Of a stretch of 64,000 nucleotides of DNA, positions 13,801 to 25,721 are shown in pieces. Source of the DNA: the human T2T-CHM13v2.0 reference genome, Homo sapiens. Made by a program: the position numbers and the translations under genes. The stretch is taken from NCBI RefSeq assembly GCF_009914755.1, contig NC_060929.1. The stretch is one strand, 5' to 3'. The notes under the pieces are model-generated. The model worked only from the letters and a program-made list of their open reading frames with translations. It was not told where the DNA came from and did no database searches. Every line of letters begins with the position of its first letter. Within the stretch, counting starts at the first letter, position 1.

Positions 13801-15477
13801 AAAAACTAGCCAGAAGCATTCTCAGAAACTCCTTTGTGAGGGGTTTGTTCAATTCACATTGTTGAACCTTTCTTTTGATACAGCAGTGTTGAAACAAACA
13901 TTTTGTAGAATCTGCAAGTGTTCATTTCAAATGCTTTGTGGCCTATGTTGGAAAAAGTGATATCTTCACCTAAAAAATAGACAGAAGCATTCTCAGGAAC
14001 TGCTTTGTAATATGTGTATTCAACTCACAGAGTTGAACCTTCCTTTTGAGAGAGCGGTTTTGAAACAGTCTTTTTGTAGTATCTGCAAGTGGATATTTGG
14101 AGCGATTTGAGGTCTAAGAAGGAAAAGGATGTACCTTCAAATAAAAACTAGACAGAAGCTTTCTCAGAAACTGCTTTGTGATGTGTGCATTTAACTCAAA
14201 GTCTTGATCCTTACTTTTGTTAGAGCAGTGTTGAAACACACTTTTTGTAGAACCTGGTAGTGTTCATTTGGAGAGATTTGTTGCCTATGGTGGAAAAAGG
14301 ATTATCTTCTCTTAAAAACTAGACAGAAGCATTCTTATAAACTGCTTTGTGATGTGGGCATTCAACCCACAGAGTTGAACCTTCCTTTTGAGAGAGCAGT
14401 GTTGAAACGGTCTTTTGTAGCATCTGCAAGTGGATATTTGGAGCGATTTGAGGCCTATGATGGAAAAGGAAATATCTTCACATACAAACTAGACAGAAGC
14501 ATTCTCAGAAACTGCTTTGTGATGTGTGCATTCAACTCACAGAGTTGAACCTTCCATTTGAGAGAGCAGTGTTGAAACAGTCTTTTTGTAGTATCTTCAA
14601 GTGGATATTTGGAGCGATTTGAGGCCTATGATGGAAAAGGAAATATCTTCACATACAAACTAGACAGAAGCATTCTCAGAAACTGCTTCGTGATGTTTGC
14701 ATTCAACCCACAGAGTTGAACCTTCCTTGTGAGAGAGCAGTGTTGAAACGGTCTTTTTTAGTATCTGCAAGTGGATATTTGGAGCGATTTGAGGCCTAGG
14801 ATGGAAAAGGAAATATCTTCACATACAAACTAGACAGAAGCATTCTCAGAAACTGCTTTGTGATGTGTGCATTCAACCGACAGATTTGAACTTTCCTTTG
14901 GAGAGGGAGGTTTTGAAACAGTCTTTTTGTGGTATCTGCAAGTGGATATTTGTAGTGACTTGGGGCCTCTGGTGGAAAAGGAAATACCTTCACATACAAA
15001 GTAGACAGAAGTATTCTCAGAACCTCCATTGCGATGTGTGCACTCAACTCACAGAGTTGAACCTTCCTTTTGAGAGAGCAGTTTTGAAACAGTCTTTTTG
15101 TAACGTCTGCAGGTGGATATTTGGAGCGATTCGTGTACTATGATGGAAAAGGAAATATCTTCACATACAAACTAAACAGAAGCATTCTCAGAAACTTCTT
15201 GTGATGTGTGCATTCACCTAACAGAGTGGAACCGTTCTTTTGATAGAGCAGTTTTGAATCAGTCTTTTGGTAGGACCTGCAAGTTTTCATTTGGAGCGCT
15301 TTGAAGCCCATGGTGGAAAAGGGACTATCTTCACAAAAAACTAGGCAGAAGCCTTCTCAGGAACTTCATTGAGATGTGTGCATTCAACTAACAGAGTTGA
15401 AACTGTCTTTTGACAGAGGAGGAATGAAACACTCCTTTTGTAGTATCTGATTGTGTATATTTGGAACTCTTTGAGTT

Positions 15478-15494
15478 ATTCGTTGGAAACGGGT
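15478..15494 (+). promoter_or_regulatory. CENP-B box (HOR monomer b)
   Basis: ATTCGTTGGAAACGGGT. Confidence 0.9.
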
Positions 15495-18035
15495 ATCTTC
15501 ACATAAAAAGTAGACCCAAGCATTCTCAGAATGTTCTTTGTGATGTGTGCGTTGAACTCACAAACTTGAAACTTTCTTTTGATAGAGCAGTGTTGAAACA
15601 CACTTTTTGTAGAATCCACAAGTATTCATTTGGAGCGCTTTGTTGCCTATGTGGGAAAAAGGAATATCTTCACTTAAAAACTAGACAGAAGCATTCTCTG
15701 AAACTCCTCTGTGAAGTGTGTGTTCAATTCACATCGTTGAACCTTTCTTTTGATAGAGCAGTGTTGAAACATACTTTTTGTAGAATCTGCAAGTGTCCAT
15801 TTCGAGTTCTTTTGTGCGTATGTTGGAAAAAGTGATATCTTCACCTGAAAAATAGACAGAAGCATTCCAGAAACTGCTTTGTAACATGTGCATTCAACTC
15901 ACAGTGTTGAACCTTCCTTTTGAGAGAGCGGTTTTGAAACAGTCTTTTTGTAGTATCTGCAAGTGGATATTTGCAGTGATTTGAGGCCGAAGAAGGAAAA
16001 GGAAATACCTTCAAATAAAAAACTAGACGGAAGCATTTTCAGAAACTGCCTTGTGATGTGTGCATTCAACTCACAGAGTTGAACCTTCCTTTTGAGAGAG
16101 AAGTTTTGAAACAGTCTTTTTGTAGTATTTGCAAGTGGATATTTGGAGCGATTTGTGGAGTATGGTGGAAAATGAAATATCTTCACATACAAACTAGACA
16201 GAAGCATTGTCAGAAACTGCTTTGTGATGTGTGCATTTAAGTCACAGACTTGAAACTTCCTTTAGGTAGAGCAGTGTTGAAACACACTTTTTGTATAATC
16301 TACAAGTGTTCTTTGGAGTGCTTTGTTGCCTATGTTGGAAAAAGAAATATCTTCACATAAAAACTAGCCAGAAGCATTCTCAGAAACTCCTTTGTGATGG
16401 GTTTGTTCAATTCACATTGTTGAACCTTTCTTTTGATACAGCAGTGTTGAAACAAACATTTTGTAGAATCTGCAAGTGTTCATTTCAAATGCTTTGTGGC
16501 CTATGTTGGAAAAAGTGATATCTTCACCTAAAAAATAGACAGAAGCATTCTCAGGAACTGCTTTGTAATATGTGTATTCAACTCACAGAGTTGAACCTTC
16601 CTTTTGAGAGAGCGGTTTTGAAACACTCTTTTTGTAGTATCTGCAAGTGGATATTTGGAGCGATTTGAGGTCTAAGAAGGAAAAGGATGTACCTTCAAAT
16701 AAAAACTAGACAGAAGCTTTCTCAGAAACTGCTTTGTGATGTGTGCATTTAACTCAAAGTCTTGATCCTTACTTTTGTTAGAGCAGTGTTGAAACACACT
16801 TTTTGTAGAACCTGCTAGTGTTCATTTGGAGAGATTTGTTGCCTATGGTGGAAAAAGGATTATCTTCTCTTAAAAACTAGACAGAAACATTCTTAGAAAC
16901 TGCTTTGTGATGTGGGCATTCAACCCACAGAGTTGAACCTTCCTTTTGAGAGAGCAGTGTTGAAACGGTCTTTTGTAGCATCTGCAAGTGGATATTTGGA
17001 GCGATTTGAGGCCTATGATGGAAAAGGAAATATCTTCACATACAAACTAGACAGAAGCATTCTCAGAAACTGCTTTGTGATGTGTGCATTCAACTCACAG
17101 AGTTGAACCTTCCATTTGAGAGAGCAGTGTTGAAACAGTCTTTTTGTAGTATCTTCAAGTGGATATTTGGAGCGATTTGAGGCCTATGATGGAAAAGGAA
17201 ATATCTTCACATACAAACTAGACAGAAGCATTCTCAGAAACTGCTTCGTGATGTTTGCATTCAACCCACAGAGTTGAACCTTCCTTGTGAGAGAGCAGTG
17301 TTGAAACGGTCTTTTTTAGTATCTGCAAGTGGATATTTGGAGCGATTTGAGGCCTAGGATGGAAAAGGAAATATCTTCACATACAAACTAGACAGAAGCA
17401 TTCTCAGAAACTGCTTTGTGATGTGTGCATTCAACCGACAGATTTGAACTTTCCTTTGGAGAGGGAGGTTTTGAAACAGTCTTTTTGTGGTATCTGCAAG
17501 TGGATATTTGTAGTGACTTGGGGCCTCTGGTGGAAAAGGAAATACCTTCACATACAAAGTAGACAGAAGTATTCTCAGAACCTCCATTGCGATGTGTGCA
17601 CTCAACTCACAGAGTTGAACCTTCCTTTTGAGAGAGCAGTTTTGAAACAGTCTTTTTGTAACGTCTGCAGGTGGATATTTGGAGCGATTCGTGTAGTATG
17701 ATGGAAAAGGAAATATCTTCACATACAAACTAAACAGAAGCATTCTCAGAAACTTCTTGTGATGTGTGCATTCACCTAACAGAGTGGAACCGTTCTTTTG
17801 ATAGAGCAGTTTTGAATCAGTCTTTTGGTAGGACCTGCAAGTTTTCATTTGGAGCGCTTTGAAGCCCATGGTGGAAAAGGGACTATCTTCACAAAAAACT
17901 AGGCAGAAGCCTTCTCAGGAACTTCATTGAGATGTGTGCATTCAACTAACAGAGTTGAAACTGTCTTTTGACAGAGGAGGAATGAAACACTCCTTTTGTA
18001 GTATCTGATTGTGTATATTTGGAACTCTTTGAGTT

Positions 18036-18052
18036 ATTCGTTGGAAACGGGT
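18036..18052 (+). promoter_or_regulatory. CENP-B box (HOR monomer b)
   Basis: ATTCGTTGGAAACGGGT. Confidence 0.9.
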
Positions 18053-20592
18053 ATCTTCACATAAAAAGTAGACCCAAGCATTCTCAGAAGATTCTTTGTG
18101 ATGTGTGCGTTCAACTCACAGACTTGAAACTTTCTTTTGATAGAGCAGTGTTGAAACACACTTTTTGTAGAATCCACAAGTATTCGTTTGGAGCACTTTG
18201 TTGCCTATGTGGGAAAAAGGAATATCTTCACTTAAAAACTAGACAGAAGCATTCTCTGAAACTCCTCTGTGAAGTGTGTGTTCAATTCACATCGTTGAAC
18301 CTTTCTTTTGATAGAGCAGTGTTGAAACATACTTTTTGTAGAATCTGCAAGTGTCCATTTCGAGTTCTTTTGTGCGTATGTTGGAAAAAGTGATATCTTC
18401 ACCTGAAAAATAGACAGAAGCATTCCAGAAACTGCTTTGTAACATGTGCATTCAACTCACAGTGTTGAACCTTCCTTTTGTGAGAGCGGTTTTGAAACAG
18501 TCTTTTTGTAGTATCTGCAAGTGGATATTTGCAGTGATTTGAGGCCGAAGAAGGAAAAGGAAATACCTTCAAATAAAAAACTAGACGGAAGCATTTTCAG
18601 AAACTGCCTTGTGATGTGTGCATTCAACTCACAGAGTTGAACCTTCCTTTTGAGAGAGAAGTTTTGAAACAGTCTTTTTGTAGTATTTGCAAGTGGATAT
18701 GTGGAGCGATTTGTGGAGTATGGTGGAAAATGAAATATCTTCACATACAAACTAGACAGAAGCATTGTCAGAAACTGCTTTGTGATGTGTGCATTTAAGT
18801 CACAGACTTGAAACTTCCTTTAGGTAGAGCAGTGTTGAAACACACTTTTTGTATAATCTACAAGTGTTCTTTGGAGTGCTTTGTTGCCTATGTTGGAAAA
18901 AGAAATATCTTCACATAAAAACTAGACAGAAGCATTCTCAGAAACTCCTTTGTGATGGGTTTGTTCAATTCACATTGTTGAACCTTTCTTTTGATACAGC
19001 AGTGTTGAAACAAACATTTTGTAGAATCTGCAAGGGTTCATTTCAAATGCTTTGTGGCCTATGTTGGAAAAAGTGATATGTTCACCAAAAAATAGACAGA
19101 AGCATTCTCAGGAACTGCTTTGTAATATGTGCATTCAACTCACAGAGTTGAACCTTCCTTTTGAGAGAGCGGTTTTGAAACAGTCTTTTTGTAGTATCTG
19201 CAAGTGGATATTTGGAGCGATTTGAGGTCTAAGAAGGAAAAGGAAGTACCTTCAAATAAAAACTACACAGAAGGTTTCTCAGAAACTGCTTTGTGATGTG
19301 TGCATTTAACTCAAAGTCTTCATCCTTACTTTTGTTAGAGCAGTGTTGAAACACACTTTTTGTAGAACCTGGTAGTGTTCATTTGGAGAGATTTGTTGCC
19401 TATGGTGGAAAAAGGATTATCTTCTCTTAAAAACTAGACAGAAGCATTCTTAGAAACTGCTTTGTGATGTGTGTGTTCAATTCACAGAGTTGAGACTTTC
19501 CTTTGAGAGAGCAGGTTTGAAACACTGCTTCTGTAGAATCTGCTTGTGGATATTGGGAGCTCCTTGAGGAATACGTTGTAAAAGGCATATCTTCACATAC
19601 AAACTAGACAGAAGCATTCTCAGAAACTGCTTTGTGATGTGTGCATTCAACTCACAGAGTTGAACCTTCCATTTGAGAGAGCAGTGTTGAAACAGTCTTT
19701 TTGTAGTATCTTCAAGTGGATATTTGGAGCGATTTGAGGCCTATGATGGAAAAGGAAATATCTTCACATACAAACTAGACAGAAGCATTCTCAGAAACTG
19801 CTTCGTGATGTGTGCATTCAACCCACAGAGTTGAACCTTCCTTTTCAGAGAGCAGTGTTGAAACGATATTTTGTAGTATCTGCAAGTGGATATTTGGAGC
19901 GATTTGAGGCCTATGATGGAAAAGGAAATATCTTCACATACAAACTAGACAGAAGCATTCTCAGAAACTGCTTTGTGATGTGTGCATTCAACCGACAGAT
20001 TTGAACTTTCCTTTGGAGAGGGAGGTTTTGAAACAGTCTTTTTGTAGTATCTGCAAGTGGATATTTGTAGTGACTTGGGGCCTCAGGTGGAAAAGGAAAT
20101 ACCTTCACATACAAAGTAGACAGAAGTATTCTCAGAAACTCCATTGTGATGTGTGCACTGAACTCACAGAGTTGAACCTTCCTTTTGAGAGAGCAGTTTT
20201 GAAACAGTCTTTTTGTAACGTCTGCAGGTGGATATTTGGAGCGAATCGTGTAGTATGATGGAAAAGGAAATATCTTCACATACAAACTAAACAGAAGCAT
20301 TCTCAGAAACTTCTTGTGATGTGTGCGTTCACCTAACAAAGTGGAACCGTTCCTTTGATAGAGCCGTTTTGAATCAGTCTTTTGGTAGGACCTGCAAGTT
20401 TTCATTTGGAGCGCTTTGAAGCCCATGGTGGAAAAGGGACTATCTTCACAAAAAACTAGGCAGAAGCCTTCTCAGGAACTTCATTGAGATGTGTGCATTC
20501 AACTAACAGAGTTGAAACTGTCTTTTGACAGAGGAGGAATGAAACACTCCTTTTGTAGTATCTGATTGTGTATATTTGGAACTCTTTGAGTT

Positions 20593-20609
20593 ATTCGTTG
20601 GAAACGGGT
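20593..20609 (+). promoter_or_regulatory. CENP-B box (HOR monomer b)
   Basis: ATTCGTTGGAAACGGGT. Confidence 0.9.
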
Positions 20610-23600
20610 ATCTTCACATAAAAAGTAGACCCAAGCATTCTCAGAAGGTTCTTTGTGATGTGTGCGTTCAACTCACAGACTTGAAACTTTCTTTTGATAG
20701 AGCAGTGTTGAAACACACTTTTTGTAGAATCCACAAGTATTCGTTTGGAGCGCTTTGTTGCCTATGTGGGAAAAAGGAATATCTTCACTTAAAAACTAGA
20801 CAGAAGCATTCTCTGAAACTCCTCTGTGACGTGTGTGTTCAATTCACATCGTTGAACCTTTCTTTTGATAGAGCAGTGTTGAAACATACTTTTTGTAGAA
20901 TCTGCAAGTGTCCATTTCGAGTTCTTTTGTGCGTATGTTGGAAAAAGTGATATCTTCACCTGAAAAATAGACAGAAACATTCCAGAAACTGCTTTGTAAC
21001 ATGTGCATTCAACTCACAGTGTTGAACCTTCCTTTTGAGAGAGCGGTTTTGAAACAGTCTTTTTGTAGTATCTGCAAGTGGATATTTGCAGTGATTTGAG
21101 GCCGAAGAAGGAAAAGGAAATACCTTCAAATAAAAAACTAGACGGAAGCATTTTCAGAAACTGCCTTGTGATGTGTGCATTCAACTCACAGAGTTGAACC
21201 TTCCTTTTGAGAGATAAGTTTTGAAACAGTCTTTTTGTAGTATTTGCAAGTGGATATTTGGAGCGATTTGTGGAGTATGGTGGAAAATGAAATATCTTCA
21301 CATACAAACTAGACAGAAGCATTCTCAGAAACTGCTTTGTGATGTGTGCATTTAACTCACAGACTTGAAACTTGCTTTAGGTAGAGCAGTGTTGAAACAC
21401 ACTTTTTGTATAATCTAAAAGTGTTCTTTGGAGTGCTTTGTTGCCTATGTTGGAAAAAGAAATATCTTCACATAAAAACTAGACAGAAGCATTCTCAGAA
21501 ACTCCTTTGTGATGGGTTTGTTCAATTCACATTGTTGAACCATTCTTTTGATACAGCAGTGTTGAAACAAACATTTTGTAGAATCTGCAAGGGTTCATTT
21601 CAAATGCTTTGTGGCCTATGTTGGAAAAAGTGATATGTTCACCTAAAAAATAGACAGAAGCATTCTCAGGAACTGCTTTGTAATATGTGCATTCAACTCA
21701 CAGAGTTGAACCTTCCTTTTGAGAGAGCGGTTTTGAAACAGTCTTTTTGTAGTATCTGCAAGTGGATATTTGGAGCGATTTGATGTCTAAGAAGGAAAAG
21801 GAAGTACCTTCAAATAAAAACTACACAGAAGCTTTCTCAGAAACTGCTTTGTGATGTGTGCATTTAACTCAAAGTCTTGATCCTTACTTTTGTTAGAGCA
21901 GTGTTGAAACACATTTTTGTAGAACCTGGTAGTGTTCATTTGGAGAGATTTGTTGCCTATGGTGGAAAAAGGATTATCTTCTCTTAAAAACTAGACAGAA
22001 GCATTCTTAGAAACTGCTTTGTGATGTGTGTGTTCAATTCACAGAGTTGAAACTTTCCTTTGACAGAGCAGGTTTGAAACACTGCTTCTGTAGAATCTGC
22101 TTGTGGATATTGGGAGCTCCTTGAAGAATACGTTGTAAAAGGCATATCTTCACATACAAACTAGACAGAAGCATTCTCAGAAACTGCTTTGTGATGTGTG
22201 CATTCAACTCACAGAGTTGAACCTTCCATTTGAGAGAGCAGTGTTGAAACAGTCTTTTTGTAGTATCTGCAAGTGGATATTTGGAGCGATTTGAGGCCTA
22301 TGATGGAAAAGGAAATATCTTCACATATAAACTAGACAGAAGCATTCTCAGAAACTGCTTTGTGATGTGTGCATTCAACCCACAGAGTTGAACCTTCCTT
22401 TTGAGAGAGCAGTGTTGAAACGGTCTTTTGTAGTATCTGCAAGTGGATATTTGGAGCGATTTGAGGCCTATGATGGAAAAGGAAATATCTTCACATACAA
22501 ACTAGACAGAAGCATTCTCAGAAACTGCTTTGTGATGTGTGCATTCAACCGACAGATTTGAACTTTCCTTTTGAGAGGGAGGTTTTGAAACAGTCTTTTT
22601 GTATTATCTGCAATTGGATATTTGTAGTGACTTGGGGCCTCAGGTGGAAAAGGAAATACCTTCACATACAAACTAGAAAGAAGTATTCTCAGAAACTCCA
22701 TTGTGATGTGTGCACTCAACTCACAGAGTTGAACCTTCCTTTTGAGAGAGCAGTTTTGAAACAGTCTTTTTGTAATGTCTGCCAGTGGATATTTGGAGCG
22801 ATTCGAGTACTATGATGGAAAAGGAAATATCTTCACATACAAACTAAACAGAAGCATTCCCAGAAACGTCTTCTGATGTGTGCGTTCACCTAACAGAGTG
22901 GAACCGTTCTTTTGATAGAGCAGTTTTGAATCAGTCTTTTGGTAGGTCCTGCAAGTTTTCATTTGGAGCGCTTTGAAGCCTATGGTGGAAAAGGGAATAT
23001 CTTCACAAAAAACTAGGCAGAAGCCTTCTCAGGATCTTCATTGAGATGTGTGCATTCAACTAACAGAGTTGAAACTGTCTTTTGACAGAGCAGGAATGAA
23101 ACACTCATTTTGTAGTATCTGATTGTGTATATTTGGAACTCTTTGAGTTATTCGTTGGGAACGGGTATCTTCACATAAAAAGTAGACCCAAGCATTCTCA
23201 GAAGGTTCTTTGTGATGTGTGCGTTCAACTCACAGACTTGAAACTTTCTTTTGATAGAGCAGTGTTGAAACACACTTTTTGTAGAATCCACAAGTATTCA
23301 TTTGGAGCGCTTTGCTGCCTACGTGGGAAAAAGGAATATCTTCACTTAAAAACTAGACAGAAGCATTCTCTGAAACTCCTCTGTGAAGTGTGTGTTCAAT
23401 TCACATCGTTGAACCTTTCTTTTGATAGAGCAGTGTTGAAACATACTTTTTGTAGAATCTGCAAGTGTCCATTTTGAGTTCTTTTGTGCGTATGTTGAAA
23501 AAAGTGATATCTTCACCTGAAAAATAGACAGAAGCATTCCAGAAACTGCTTTGTAACATGTGCATTCAACTCACAGTGTTGAACGTTCCTTTTGAGAGAG

Positions 23601-25704
23601 CGGTTTTGAAACAGTCTTTTTGTAGTATCTGCAAGTGGATATTTGCAGTGATTTGAGGCCGAAGAAGGAAAAGGAAATACCTTCAAATAAAAAACTAGAC
23701 GGAAGCATTTTCAGAAACTGCCTTGTGATGTGTGCATTCAACTCAGAGTTGAACCTTCCTTTTGAGAGAGAAGTTTTGAAACAGTCTTTTTGTAGTATTT
23801 GCAAGTGGATATTTGGAGCGATTTGTGGAGTATGGTGGAAAATGAAATATCTTCACATACAAACTAGACAGAAGCATTCTCAGATACTGATTTGTGATGT
23901 GTGAATTTAACTCACAGACTTGAAACTTCCTTTAGATAGAGCAGTGTTGAAACACACTTTTTGTATAATCTACAACTGTTCTTTGGAGTGCTTTGTTGCC
24001 TATGTTGGAAAAAGAAATATCTTCACATAAAAACTAGACAGAAGCATTCTCAGAAACTCCTTTGTGATGGGTGTGTTCAATTCACATTGTTGAACCTTGC
24101 TTTTGATACAGCAGTGTGGAAACAAACATTTTGTAGAATCTGCAAGTGTTCATTTCAAATGCTTTCTGGCCTATGTTGGAAAAAGTGATATCTTCACCTA
24201 AAAAATAGACAGAAGCATTCTCAGGAACTGCTTTGTAATATGTGCATTCAACTCACAGAGGTGAACCTTTCTTTTGAGAGAGCGGTTTTGAAACAGTCTT
24301 TTTGTAGTATCTGCAAGTGGATATTTGGAGCGATTTGAGGTCTAAGAAGTAAAAGGAAATACCTTCAAATAAAAACTAGACAGAAGCTTTCTCAGAAACT
24401 GCTTTGCGATGTGTGCATTTAACTCAAAGTCTTGATCCTTTCTTTTGACAGAGCAGTGTTGAAACACACTTTTGGTAGAACCTGCTAGTGTTCATTTGGA
24501 GAGATTTGTTGCCTATGGTGGAAAAAGATTATCTTCTCTTAAAAACTAGAGAGAAGCATTCTTAGAAGCTGCTTTGTGATGTGTGTGTTCAATTCACAGA
24601 GTTGAAACTTTCCTTTGATAGAGCAGGTTTGAAACACTGCTTTTGTAGAATCTGCTTGTGGATATTGGGAGCTCTTTGAGGAATACGTTGTAAAAGGCAT
24701 ATCTTCACATACAAACTAGACAGAAGCATTCTCAGAAACTGCTTTGTGATGTGTGCATTCAACTCACAGAGTTGAACCTTCCATTTGAGAGAGCAGTGTT
24801 GAAACAGTCTTTTTGTAGTATCTTCAAGTGGATATTTGGAGCGATTTGAGGCCTATGATGGAAAAGGAAATATCTTCACATACAAACTAGACAGAAGCAT
24901 TCTCAGAAACTGCTTTGTGATGTGTGCATTCAACCCACAGAGTTGAACCTTCCTTTTGAGAGAGCAGTGTTGAAACGGTCTTTTGTAATATCTGCAAGTG
25001 GATATTTGGAGCGATTTGAGGCCTAGGATGGAAAAGGAAATATCTTCACATACAAACTATACAGAAGCAGTCTCAGGAACTGCTTTGTGATGTGTGCATT
25101 CAACTCACAGATTTGAACTTTCCTTTTGAGAGGGAGGTTTTGAAACAGTCTTTTTGTAGTATCTGCAAGTGGATATTTGTAGTGACTTGGGGCCTCAGAT
25201 GGAAAAGGAAATACCTTCACATACAAAGTAGACAGAAGTATTCTCAGAAACTCCATTGTGATGTGTGCACTCAACTCACAGAGTTGAACCTTCCTTTTGA
25301 GAGAGCAGTTTTGAAACAGTCTTTTTGTAATGTCTGCAAGTGGATATTTGGAGCGATTCGAGTACTATGATGGAAAAGGAAATATCTTCACATACAAACT
25401 AAACAGAAGCATTCTCAGAAACGTCTTCTGATGTGTGCGTTCACCTAACAGAGTGGAACCGTTCTTTTGATAGAGCAGTTTTGAATCAGTCTTTTGGTAG
25501 GTCCTGCAAGTTTTCACTTGGAGCGCTTTGAAGCCCATGGTGGAAAAGGGAATATCTTCGCAAAAAACTAGGCAGAAGCCTTCTCAGGATCTTCATTGAG
25601 ATGTGTGCATTCAACTAACAGAGTTGAAACTGTCTTTTGACAGAGCAGGAATGAATCACTCCTTTTGTAGTATCTGATTGTGTATATTTGGAACTCTTTG
25701 AGTT

Positions 25705-25721
25705 ATTCGTTGGAAACGGGT
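25705..25721 (+). promoter_or_regulatory. CENP-B box (HOR monomer b)
   Basis: ATTCGTTGGAAACGGGT. Confidence 0.9.

Larger units (their letters stand above)
1..22560 (+). repeat. Homogeneous HOR block (haplotype 1): mostly regular 15-mers, one 13-mer
   Basis: Copies differ by scattered SNPs and share diagnostic states (ccttacttttgttagagc, caaccgacag, agaggagga, ggtaggacc, gtaacgtc). Confidence 0.85.
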
